Of a DNA stretch of 64,000 bases, positions 30,301 through 40,100 are shown piece after piece; within the stretch, counting starts at the first letter, position 1, and each line of letters begins with the position of its first letter. This DNA comes from a virus. A program made the position numbers and the translations under genes. The stretch covers positions 1 through 64,000 of the IMG/VR virus record IMGVR_UViG_3300023179_000071; one strand, 5' to 3'. Under the pieces are notes generated by a model. That model worked only from the letters and a program-made list of their open reading frames with translations, was not told the DNA's origin and made no database searches.

Positions 30301-30872
30301 CCGGTGCATACCATAATCTTGCTATCAAGAAAGAATTCTCAAATGTTACATCTTATGGTTCTTTATGGGCTTGGGGAGACAATACTTTTGGTCAATTAGC
30401 AAGAGTTAATACTTCTCCAAAAATTATTTCGTCTAATCCTGATGAGTTAGATATTGCTCAAGTAGATTTTGGATCTGTTAATAATGATAATAGTCGTAAC
30501 TATTGGAGAAGAGTATATGCAAGTCGTATTACATCATTTGCGCTTAAATCTACAGATAATAAATTATATTCATGGGGAGAGAGCAATTTAGGACAAACAG
30601 GAAATGTTACTACTCGTACAGCATTAACTTCTTCTATTAGAAATATTCCTTCTGTAGTGAATTTGCCCACTATTCCTTTTGAATTACCAACTAATGCTAA
30701 CGGTCCATGGGGTACTATTAATATTAGTGGAAATATAGATCAGATAGATAATATTGGTATAGGACATTTGGCCAATCATATGTTAGTGATTCCAAATAGA
30801 CTATTTCCAACACCAACTCCGACTCCTAGTGTGACAGCATCCCAAACGCCAACACCGTCACCTAGTGCATAA
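27348..30872 (+). CDS. RCC1-repeat protein with three Pro/Thr tracts
   Basis: VWGDNSYGQLG, GVNAWGQLG, WTWGRNSDGQLG, VCGSNKYGQLG, WVWGDNDFGQLG, WAWGDNTFGQLA, YSWGESNLGQTG; start overlaps the upstream stop (TAATG). Confidence 0.85.
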   Translation: MRIAVNYNDLIQYPLTIYRVGGEFTLRNPYDHSTITLSIGYGDGNGINVPLQVGTIASEFTNFTYSYEDIIKIAKLENAYYTQLIYASLELVMLDAYGKVVAYLTTNNTGDHNPTLVGPGYRATIEFGSLPEIDSCYGPEAYWVIGKNDNSSVFNNISAYKIIPPEIIVTPTPTPTQTPTVTPSVTYSTTPTLTATNTQTPTKTPAPTRTQTSTPTSSITPTRTQTGTPTRTSTLTRTPTTTTTLTQSTTPTPTPTATTTTTLTATQTCTPTATSTRTLTPSVTSTTTPTPSVTNTNTPTVTRTPTVTPTPTALVSNVLVWGDNSYGQLGMSYLLNDRFIDPPRLSEQTVSALANYQNILNYRDNGSSDSVLFDAIAPGSNFSVGIDSSGSLHSVGVNAWGQLGLGNFESKSMFTRISDSSLNGVVFKQVSLGNMHAVALDSNGNAWTWGRNSDGQLGNHYLPRPINSITTIDADISLYDLKINYDVREEYSLNDEVILDYYSGSIHKTSVAKIWVAPTYASGETNIRIQWENYEALDFSIIPTIVSKTKIDIDPGLLANPTPKQLKVYKEYRYCIDNDTVFFATPTPTPTISYSATTTPTLTSTVTPSTTSTLTATPTNTSTTTLTPTPTVSQSPSPSASPGQTQTPTATPTSTATLTATPTTTLTLSATRTQTPTNSPTPSTTVSVTPTSSVTPTNTGTVTPTMTVTPTKQSFPVLTIYGDISSILTNVNKSSVMVNVYDENSSPPLLYKVKVLDVEWLSNYGITKIRIDHPGLNNLDPKRMKYVSIIRFSNETSYEYETFSRVYGGESHTMAMDTQGRLFVCGSNKYGQLGLGLIQELNAAKDILIVQNKPVVRIGLTTTMRLVNPPPGRGYCYNRGFSWKKISLGRFHTLALDGMGQMWVWGDNDFGQLGLGDSTTLLAKAIVVQENYPSVGSIGERDLPDRANVVIPYAPLPIKMYVLQDNYSDIQNQSIETDYWIDIAAGAYHNLAIKKEFSNVTSYGSLWAWGDNTFGQLARVNTSPKIISSNPDELDIAQVDFGSVNNDNSRNYWRRVYASRITSFALKSTDNKLYSWGESNLGQTGNVTTRTALTSSIRNIPSVVNLPTIPFELPTNANGPWGTINISGNIDQIDNIGIGHLANHMLVIPNRLFPTPTPTPSVTASQTPTPSPSA
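27852..28281 (+). repeat. Thr/Pro-rich low-complexity coding repeat
   Basis: About 140 codons almost entirely T/P/S with occasional R/Q/V. Confidence 0.9.
29097..29480 (+). repeat. Thr/Pro/Ser-rich low-complexity coding repeat
   Basis: About 125 codons of T/P/S, lying between RCC1 blades. Confidence 0.9.
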
Positions 30873-30903
30873 TTGATAATAGCTATTATATAGGATATAA
30901 AAT

Positions 30904-32955
30904 ATGGGAGTAAAGATATGGTATGCTGGAGTAGATCTAAATAAGTTTGGACCTACTCCGTTCATTAATATGAGTAAAAATACTAATAGAGATAGTGCTA
31001 ATGTACATATCTTATCTGAAACTATTAATATTACTATAGAAGGAAAGATTACAGCATATAAAAAAGGAATTAATGAACAAAATCATAAACCTGGAATAGA
31101 TAGGCTATTAGAGGATGAAAAACAATTACGTCATTTGTTTAGTAGAGACGGAGTATTAGCAGTTCATTGCACTCCGGATAATAGTAATCCTGGTTGGGCA
31201 GGAGCATTGACTGGTGGTAAATTTGGTTTCTGGTGGGATGATACTGTAACGGCTGCTGGTGGTGCGGTTGGTAAAGGCATGATGTGTAAGGTGATTAGTT
31301 ATCAAATTTCTAAAACAGATGATAACTGGGTTCAGAGTATTGATTATAGTATAGAGCTTCAATGTAATCATTCTAAAAATGCCACATTACCACATGCCCA
31401 TCACTATACTATTAGTAGTTACAATGATGAATGGACAATAGAACCTGTTGAAGATACATCCTATTTTCATTTACAGGTTCTTAATAATAATCCTAATGCA
31501 ACATCTCCGCCAAATTTTCCAGCTGGGTTAAATAAATTAGACAATTTAATTCAATTTAGAATAAGTCATAGATTAAGTGCGCAAGGATTGTCTGCTCCAA
31601 TCGGACAATACAATCAGGGTGAAGTAGCAGGAGCTAGTAGAAATTTTAATGAATCAGCATGGTATAATGCTAAACGATTTGTCGAAGAACATTTAAAAAT
31701 GCCACATAATAATATTAATCATGTATTCTTAGCATATAATAATGGAGGATTTGGTCAGCATAGCTATGTTACAGAAGGTAATTTAACAGGAACTAAAACT
31801 CAAGCAGAAGAAATATATCTATATAATCATGTAAGAGCTGTTAATGTTAGCGAATCTAATGGCACATACGAACTTACTGATACGTGGTTGGCATTAAGTA
31901 AACCAACACACTATTTAGAGGATTATAGTGTTGAGGTTACTCAAGATACTAATTTTAATGTTACAGCTCGTATAAATGGAACTGTACAAGGATTAGAGAT
32001 AAAAAAAGGAGGATATAATGAGGGTGCGCCAATGGGTCAAACCACAACACATAATACTTATAATGGTAACTATACTCTTGGTTTAGACTTTAGCAGGATC
32101 GATTTGCAAAATATTAATGAGGGCGCTATTTATAGTACTAAATATAGTAACGCTTTAGAAGCTTGGAGAAATTATATTGAGCCATTATTATATGCTAGAA
32201 CTAATACTATGGCAATGTATATGGTTCAAGGACAAACAACAGCTATAAATGCTAATAGTAGCGTTATAGATAATACACAAAATCAATTAACTAGAAGCGC
32301 TTGGGGAGGAGTTATTCCTTCTGTTACAGACGGTGGATTTTTCCAAATAAGATATCCTCAAAATAATTTTGGAACGTGTGATTATATTGATAAAAAAGAA
32401 AACATTATTTTAGATACGCGATTTGTTAATAAAACTATAGGTAGCGATCCTAGTCGAGGCACCATAACATATAGTTGTGAATTCAATAATAGACGAGGTG
32501 CTAATCAACTTAAGGGCGGAACTATTTTATCACTAAATGTACAAGACTCTAAACCAGCAGATATTGTGGCAGAAATGTTTGTATTAGGAAGAAAAAGAGG
32601 ACCAATATTACAGGACACAGGAAGCAAAACAGCTAAAACACGACAAGTGAGTATAGAAATACAAACACCAATTCCAAGAAATATGGCAGAATTTGATATG
32701 AGATATAATGCTTGTCCAATGTGGACAGGTGGTATCATTTATAAGGATCTACTAAATATTATTGATATGTTAAGGCCAGTATTACCAGACACATGGACAC
32801 CTGTTAAGCTAGCCGAATTGAGGGCTAGAGATAATACTATACAACTTATTAACGGATCATATGCTGGTCAGGTGTATATTAAGTCAGACGATGAATCGTG
32901 GAATCCAATCGAAGGACGTTTTTCCAAGAATATTACTTGGGTTTATGATGCTTAG
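30904..32955 (+). CDS. Putative tail/baseplate structural protein
   Basis: 683 aa, beta-rich with apparent internal repetition; AGGA SD; position in the tail module. Function inferred from context. Confidence 0.5.
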   Translation: MGVKIWYAGVDLNKFGPTPFINMSKNTNRDSANVHILSETINITIEGKITAYKKGINEQNHKPGIDRLLEDEKQLRHLFSRDGVLAVHCTPDNSNPGWAGALTGGKFGFWWDDTVTAAGGAVGKGMMCKVISYQISKTDDNWVQSIDYSIELQCNHSKNATLPHAHHYTISSYNDEWTIEPVEDTSYFHLQVLNNNPNATSPPNFPAGLNKLDNLIQFRISHRLSAQGLSAPIGQYNQGEVAGASRNFNESAWYNAKRFVEEHLKMPHNNINHVFLAYNNGGFGQHSYVTEGNLTGTKTQAEEIYLYNHVRAVNVSESNGTYELTDTWLALSKPTHYLEDYSVEVTQDTNFNVTARINGTVQGLEIKKGGYNEGAPMGQTTTHNTYNGNYTLGLDFSRIDLQNINEGAIYSTKYSNALEAWRNYIEPLLYARTNTMAMYMVQGQTTAINANSSVIDNTQNQLTRSAWGGVIPSVTDGGFFQIRYPQNNFGTCDYIDKKENIILDTRFVNKTIGSDPSRGTITYSCEFNNRRGANQLKGGTILSLNVQDSKPADIVAEMFVLGRKRGPILQDTGSKTAKTRQVSIEIQTPIPRNMAEFDMRYNACPMWTGGIIYKDLLNIIDMLRPVLPDTWTPVKLAELRARDNTIQLINGSYAGQVYIKSDDESWNPIEGRFSKNITWVYDA

Positions 32956-32969
32956 TACAAGGACAAGAC

Positions 32970-35900
32970 ATGACATATATACCACCACCAGATCCGCAGT
33001 GTAGCCCTGTTCCTATGGGGAATCAAGCCCCATCATCCTTTAATAACTATAGAACAGGCATTAGTAATTATAGCGCACACACAGGTGATGTTCTCAATGT
33101 TGTTCCTACGCCAACTCCGGCTGTACCATCTCCTACAGCAACACCACATGCTCGTCAAGGTAGTTTAAATGCATGGGGAAATAATCCTCCTGTTCCAGCA
33201 GTTACTAAAACTGCCACACAAACAGCAACTGCCACAACGCCGATTAATCCTATTGATTTTCCAAATTCTATACTACCACGAGGAAATATAGATACTGGAT
33301 TAGCTTTACCAAGCAATATGTTTGGTCCGTATCCTCAAACTTTATTTTTGGGTTGTAGTGTAGCTAGTTTTAATGTTAGTTTAGGTTGGGGTAATCAGCC
33401 ATCTCAATTATCGGTAACTTTAGTTGAAGATCCTAGTCCTCATTATACTATGACATATGACGGAGGATTGTATAGAAATGCCGCTCTAGCTCAGCAAAAT
33501 TCTGTTAATCATTACTATCAAATTTTAAAACCAACAAGAGATGCTAATGGTAATGTTAACGAAGACGCTAAGGCATATAAAACTAGAATAAGGCAATTTT
33601 TAGATACTAATGGTAATATTATTGTTCCTGGTAAATTATTTTATCATTATAATACAACATTAGGAGTTATACAACAAAAATATTGGCTAGGTCCTGATCC
33701 AGGATTCATAGGGGCCAGAAACCGTTTTCGTCGTAATGGTAGAGTTACTCTTGGTACAGATCCTATAACCGGTCAGACTAATGTGGAACTTGGAGAACCG
33801 GTAGATATTATAGGATGTCCGGTCTTTTTTCAATTAGATGATTTTGTGTTTTGTGGTATTGTAAAATCATGGAAAAGCATCAACTCTGGAACAGGAGGAC
33901 GTTCCTATCAAGTAGATATTGAAGGACCAAATGAAATAGTAAATCAAGCTCAGTTGATTTTAAACAATTATTCTGGCGGAGTATTTGTCAAAGGTACAAC
34001 TATGCCAACGCCCCCAAGCGGAGACAGTAATGATGCTAATAGACCATATATTTCTGGTCCATCTAATAATTTCTGGGATAGTAATGAAGTTAACTTGGCC
34101 GATGCCTTTCAGGGTAATATTGGTTTAGATGGTAATATACCTAATATTTTAAATATCTATGGATTTCTGGAAGCAATGGCGCCCGGTGGTTTTGGCGGAG
34201 CTAATATCAATGATAGCGGGATAAGAACAAATAGCGTAGTTTATACTTTAAATTACCTACTAGGAATTCCTGTAACATCAACAGCATTGCCTGGACGAAC
34301 AAACAGAAGTGTTTTTAGTCCTTTTGGAGCATTAGTTGGTCGTAGTCCTATGAGTGCAACTCCAAGAGAAACTCCATTAGACACTTTAGCAATGGAGATC
34401 TATAGACCAAATCTTGGTAGTGTGCCTAAGGCACGAAACTCTATACATCCTATTAATTACGGAGGAAGTAATCCTCAATTATCATTTCCTTTAAGCAGAG
34501 TCAAAGAACGTTCTAGTGGAGGATATGCTACAGATGGCACAGTATCTGGATTTTTAGAAATAGGAGACGATGGGGCAGTATATAGGAATAGCGCACCAAT
34601 TGGTGCTGATGCATCAGGAACAGAATATAATATTTTTGATTTTGGTCTTATCCCACCTGATGATATTAGTGCAACTATTCCATCCGGAGGAAATAATCCA
34701 ATTATTAATCAAGAAGTTAAGCAATTGTACTATTTAGATTTGGGAGAATTACCGGTAGTTCCAAACCAATTAAGAACAGATTGCTCTCAGGGTGTGATGG
34801 ATCTTAATGCATTCATCACAGAAATCTGCGATAAGTCCGGGGTAGATTTTTTCTATGAAATGTTATTCCTAAAGGTATACACAGGGTATCCTGCAATCAA
34901 AATTATCAAATTAAGAACGGTATCCAGAAGAGTACAGCCATCTGATCGAAAAATTTCCGATTATATTGCAAGATTGCGCGAACAAAAAGTGGCTGTTAGT
35001 TCGGTAAGTCTGGGTAAAGAATACAATTCGTCAGCCAAGCCAAGAACAATGCTTATAGGAGCTAAACAACAAAGATTATTTCAAACCAAAAATTATGGTT
35101 TAGCATATAAATCTAGTAATTATTTATATCATACAACATATAAAACTTTTATACACTATGATGATATTTTATCTGGTAGAATTGGACATGCAAAATTCAA
35201 AAATTATTACAGAATGCCCAATCCGTCTTCTGTGCGAGACCCATTAGCATTAAATAGACCAGCATCAATAACAAGACCCAATGAAAAACCAGTAGATAAT
35301 TTTTATCTTCAGGAGGATACTTATAATGTATCTACTGGAGATAATAATATTTTCCCAGCAAAAGGTAACTATTACAAATCTGATAGCTCTATCAGTACAT
35401 CAACTACAGATGTAAATACTATACCAGCTCAAAATGGATCTACAACAATTAAATATTCTGATGTTTTTTTAAGAGATATAGCAAAAGCATTATTTTCTTG
35501 GTCAACAAGCGCATTTGTTGATGCATCTCGTGACAATAATTTTACCCAAAGTTTACATGAGAGAACGCCATTTTGGAATACTTCTTATACAGGAGCCAGC
35601 GGATTTGGCACATCAGCTTCTAATAATTCTAGGAACGCAGGAACAGAAAGTACTATTTTAAGCAATTTTTCACGCGCAATAGCAGAAATTGGTTATAATG
35701 TATGGAATACCAATAATAAATCTCATTATATTACGAATAGAAATAAGTATTTAATTAATAAAGATGCTAGCTGGGGACTAAATGATGGAGATAGTAGATT
35801 CTTACCAATTATGTATTGCAGCGTATGTCCATATTTTGGAACTGTTGATTATATTGATAAATCAAAATCACAATATAATTTAGTTGATAAAACAAGAAAA

Positions 35901-37115
35901 CCCAGACCAGTCTGGTTTGATACATGGCTTAATGGGATTGTTATAGAATTTAATGTTAAAGAACTACCTATTACACGATTAGAATTAGAAGGAATATATA
36001 ATGGCGGAACATTTATAGTACATGAAACAGAGATTAGGGCGGCATTAGCAGGGTATGATTCATGGATCGGCTATCTTAGTATGAGAATACATGATCCTCA
36101 TATTAAGCAAATGATCAAAAATGCTGTTTGTGGTAATAGAACTATTCCTGGAAAAGAAAGAACTAATAATCAAGCAACAAGAAGAAACGAACCGTCCGCT
36201 CCTGGAACAGCTAATATGAATGATACATCAACAACATTTTCTGGTCAAGGAGCCAATAAACCCCAACAAAAAGATACAACATCTGATTGGCAGGCTACCT
36301 CAGATAATGATTGGGATGCTTGCGCTATTTTTTGCGCTTTATTTAAAATAGATACAGCACTTAACCAAAAAACTAAAAGCGCTAATGCTGGATCCTCAAC
36401 ACCAAAGAATCGCGCCGCTGGTCTACAAAGTGCTTTAGTGGATGATCTAAAAACCTTACATGCATTTTTTAAGAGAATTGGTGACGAATATTATGGTAAA
36501 CAATTTATGGTAAGATTGCCCATGGTATTGTCATATAGAGATAGAGATACTATGATTAATATGGATCCCAGACCAACCCCAACACCGGCACCTAATTCTG
36601 CTAATACTGGTAGCACTAGTTCTACTACTGGTGGACCGTCTGGACAACCATCTAATGAAGAAGGAGGTACCGTATCTAATCCTAATGCCGGAAATGTACC
36701 AGCACTCACTCAATTTAAATATGTAAATATAGGATCAGCCGCTAATCCGCGTTATGTTACTGAAGGAACTGGTAAAATCTATTCTAATTATAGTATTAGT
36801 CCAGAAGGAGCATGGGAAGAATATGGTAATAGTATTGATGATTCTATTATGGTAGGAGGATATGCTGCTTCTATTTTTACAGATGAAAATGGTAGAATCA
36901 AACCAATATTAGGATATCCGGCTGATGATAAATTTGATTATGAAGCATATTGGTGTTGTGAATGGGTTAGAGATAATGTATGTAAACTTGTTAATGGTCC
37001 TAATATGTTTTATTTTTATGATATTCTTAAACGATCTAATGCATTATCTAATGCTAATAGATATACAGATTTTGATCGCAGTACTAATAATAACAATACA
37101 AATGCTTGTTCTTAA
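32970..37115 (+). CDS. Large putative tail-tip/baseplate-hub protein
   Basis: 1381 aa; FLGCSVASFNVSLGWG.QPSQLSVTLVED, FVFCGIVKSW and FITEICDKSGVDFF resemble hub/tail-tip sequence patterns; context. Confidence 0.5.
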   Translation: MTYIPPPDPQCSPVPMGNQAPSSFNNYRTGISNYSAHTGDVLNVVPTPTPAVPSPTATPHARQGSLNAWGNNPPVPAVTKTATQTATATTPINPIDFPNSILPRGNIDTGLALPSNMFGPYPQTLFLGCSVASFNVSLGWGNQPSQLSVTLVEDPSPHYTMTYDGGLYRNAALAQQNSVNHYYQILKPTRDANGNVNEDAKAYKTRIRQFLDTNGNIIVPGKLFYHYNTTLGVIQQKYWLGPDPGFIGARNRFRRNGRVTLGTDPITGQTNVELGEPVDIIGCPVFFQLDDFVFCGIVKSWKSINSGTGGRSYQVDIEGPNEIVNQAQLILNNYSGGVFVKGTTMPTPPSGDSNDANRPYISGPSNNFWDSNEVNLADAFQGNIGLDGNIPNILNIYGFLEAMAPGGFGGANINDSGIRTNSVVYTLNYLLGIPVTSTALPGRTNRSVFSPFGALVGRSPMSATPRETPLDTLAMEIYRPNLGSVPKARNSIHPINYGGSNPQLSFPLSRVKERSSGGYATDGTVSGFLEIGDDGAVYRNSAPIGADASGTEYNIFDFGLIPPDDISATIPSGGNNPIINQEVKQLYYLDLGELPVVPNQLRTDCSQGVMDLNAFITEICDKSGVDFFYEMLFLKVYTGYPAIKIIKLRTVSRRVQPSDRKISDYIARLREQKVAVSSVSLGKEYNSSAKPRTMLIGAKQQRLFQTKNYGLAYKSSNYLYHTTYKTFIHYDDILSGRIGHAKFKNYYRMPNPSSVRDPLALNRPASITRPNEKPVDNFYLQEDTYNVSTGDNNIFPAKGNYYKSDSSISTSTTDVNTIPAQNGSTTIKYSDVFLRDIAKALFSWSTSAFVDASRDNNFTQSLHERTPFWNTSYTGASGFGTSASNNSRNAGTESTILSNFSRAIAEIGYNVWNTNNKSHYITNRNKYLINKDASWGLNDGDSRFLPIMYCSVCPYFGTVDYIDKSKSQYNLVDKTRKPRPVWFDTWLNGIVIEFNVKELPITRLELEGIYNGGTFIVHETEIRAALAGYDSWIGYLSMRIHDPHIKQMIKNAVCGNRTIPGKERTNNQATRRNEPSAPGTANMNDTSTTFSGQGANKPQQKDTTSDWQATSDNDWDACAIFCALFKIDTALNQKTKSANAGSSTPKNRAAGLQSALVDDLKTLHAFFKRIGDEYYGKQFMVRLPMVLSYRDRDTMINMDPRPTPTPAPNSANTGSTSSTTGGPSGQPSNEEGGTVSNPNAGNVPALTQFKYVNIGSAANPRYVTEGTGKIYSNYSISPEGAWEEYGNSIDDSIMVGGYAASIFTDENGRIKPILGYPADDKFDYEAYWCCEWVRDNVCKLVNGPNMFYFYDILKRSNALSNANRYTDFDRSTNNNNTNACS

Positions 37116-37126
37116 AAGGTTATAAT

Positions 37127-40100
37127 ATGGCTGATCCTAGACCTACCGACGAAACAGGAACAAACGGACCAAATCCTGTTGGGACCAACACGTCTCCTGT
37201 TAACACCACCCCACCAGCACCAGACGATAATACTCCTGTTGATGATGCTGCTGGCGTTACAGCATCTCCTGGTGGAGACAATTCTACTAAAGCTAATAGT
37301 GCTGCTCCTAGTGATCGTAGAGTTGCAAGCATACAGTGCAAACCTCAGGAATTCTTTTATCCAGGATTAAAGTATCAGTTTGGACCAACAGAAGCAATTC
37401 TGATAGAAACTCCTGACCAAAGCAATTATTACAATGCATTTAGTCTATATATGGGCAATTTGAATAGTGCTTCTAGTAGTAATAAAGTTATTAACAGAAT
37501 GAGAAAATTATTTGTTTCTGCTACTGCTGAAGATGAAATGATCTATATGGATCCAGCTAATCTTGGTGATGCTAGAGCAATACTAACAATCAATAGCATG
37601 GTAGCAGTCAATGATTCTGGAAGTCTCGGTTCAGACTCGAATACTAGTCCATCATCGAAACTTGTTCCTGTGGCTGCGGCAGAAGAGTTTGCTCTTTTTA
37701 CACGAACAGGAGACGGAGGAGCATACACTAGTAATACTGGTCCAGCATCAGGATTACTTGATATACTATTGAAACTGATGTCTCCTATGCAGCAGTCTTT
37801 TCTGAAGATCAGCAATAGTTATATCTCTAATAATTCTAATAGTGCTCCTAATTTAGGTAGTACAGCTACTGCGTTTGATGCTGGAGGCAGAATTACCCCA
37901 TCCGAAGAACCAAAGAGTTTGGCAGAACAGATTACACAAAGTTTTCATACATCGAAAAACTTATCATTATCTCCCAAATCTGCATTACCTGGATTTGCTG
38001 CTGTTCCATTATTATCTAATCAGCATGTATATGGTCCATGGATTAATTATCCAGACAAACAAAAACAAACTATTTTTCCATTTTTAATTAATGATACTAA
38101 CCGTAATGTAGCGATGGAAAATATGATAGGACCAGTTAATATAGAGGTTGATAACGATCTAGCTCCTTGGAATTACGGGGGTATGTATGCGTTGGATATG
38201 GCAGTAGAATTAAAGATTATGGAGAAATCGACATATCAACAATTTTTAGAAACTGGTCAGCTTAGTGTGCCGGGATACCCTATTTTTAGTTTAGGTGATG
38301 TATTAACAGAAAATACTAGTACTATTTTTAATTACGAACCTATAGCTAATTCTCTAGGAGGAGTTAATAGTATTACTATCAACAGAAATCCTAATTTTCA
38401 ATCTCCATCCTCAAGCAATATTTCTAATATTCAGGTTAATATTGGTCAACAAAGCGAAACAACATATACATTCAGAACATATCAATCTAAGCTTTCTCTT
38501 TTTAATAAAGATAATTCTGATAGATTAAAGAAACTTATAGTAGAATCACGCAAAAGACAAAGAGAACAGCATCAATTAAGCATAGCTCTTTATGATAGAA
38601 TGAAAAAGAAGCAAGATTTAACATTCAAAACATCTTTTAGAGACTATTTATATGACAGTCTTACCGGTGGAAATAGCCCTGTAGAAATTATGGTTGGTTC
38701 TTTTAATGCATTTGGTAAACAAATACAAACATCGTCATCATCTGGCCGAGCAGCTCCTTCGGCATCAGGATTATCGGACAAAGACAGAACTATAGAAGCT
38801 CATAGAGGTCAAGTTGGCATATTCGACGCCAAAGAAATTTCACGAGAATTAAATAATGCATATTCATCAAAGTCTATGATGAGCCTTGACGGATTCTTTT
38901 CTCCTGTATCATTTTATCCCACCCCTCACTCTAGTACTATTAGTTATGTTAAATATGATAGAAAATTTTGTCCAATATGTAAAGGAAATGGAGTTTATGA
39001 TAAAACTATTAGTCCAACTATTGGGTATCAATCACCAACTATAAAAGCTAGATGTGAATACTGTGAAGATAAAACTAAGGTACCAGATGTTAAAAATTTC
39101 AGTGTTGCTGAGAGCGCACCTCCATTTATACTTGCTTCTGGTCTAAGATTAGCTGTTAGAACGCCAACAGGAGGTACAACTAACACAGATACTGTTATTT
39201 ATGAATATGTGAGCGATAAAAGTTTAGTTAGTAATCCTAAAAAATATCTAGAAGTATTTGGTAAGCGTAATATTAATGTATACAATCTGAACCCTATTAT
39301 TGTAGCTTCTGGTGAATTCAGAAATATCAATGCTTTAGATAACGATATGAGTGGTCATGGTATAGAGATAGTAGCTCGTGGTATGATTGCTCCTAAAAAT
39401 GCATTAGATATTATAGATAATATTGCTGCTGGAGAAGTAATAGTTAATAATGTTAATGGTAATATTTTATATGTTTGGGATAATGCTCAAGGTAAATATG
39501 TGCCTAAACCAAATATATTCCCTGGTAAATTATTAGCAAAAGATTTCTTAGATCTCGACTACGAATTTAGACGATCATATACGCAAAATGCAAATGCTAA
39601 TGACTCAGCAGGACCGCAGCTACCATTACTCAATCAAAGATTTATGAGTTTCAGAGGACCAATGGTTATGCACGGTTGGGGATATGATACAGAGGGGTAT
39701 CCTGTACCAAATGCATCTGGTGAAGCCAAAATGGTAGATAGTTTTGGAAGACCACACAGAACAAAAGACCTAAGAACTTATGGATCGTTTGATCCTCAAA
39801 GTGCTGATGCTGGAGATATTATAATCGGCAGAAATCAAGTATGGGATGCTACTAGAGGAGAATGGTCAAAACCATACAAAGAAATGGCCTTCTTGGAAAA
39901 GTGGGGTCAAACTCCAGAAAAATGGCCGGTTGGACCTATTGATCTTAGGTGGGACTCTGATAGAAAAGTATGGGTAGGACCACAAGCACCGAAGAATGTA
40001 TATGTGGTATTGGAAGAAGACCTTACATTAGAAAGAAATTCTAGAACAACATATCCAGCTAGAGGATTTTTGGATGATTTACAATTTGCAAAAGACCCAT

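Noticed and set aside
20077-30872. Eukaryotic or giant-virus origin suggested by RCC1, Ig and mucin-like tracts
   Set aside because: Bacterial-type SD sites, ATGA overlaps, a sigma70 promoter, DnaE/SSB and tape-measure motifs indicate a bacteriophage.
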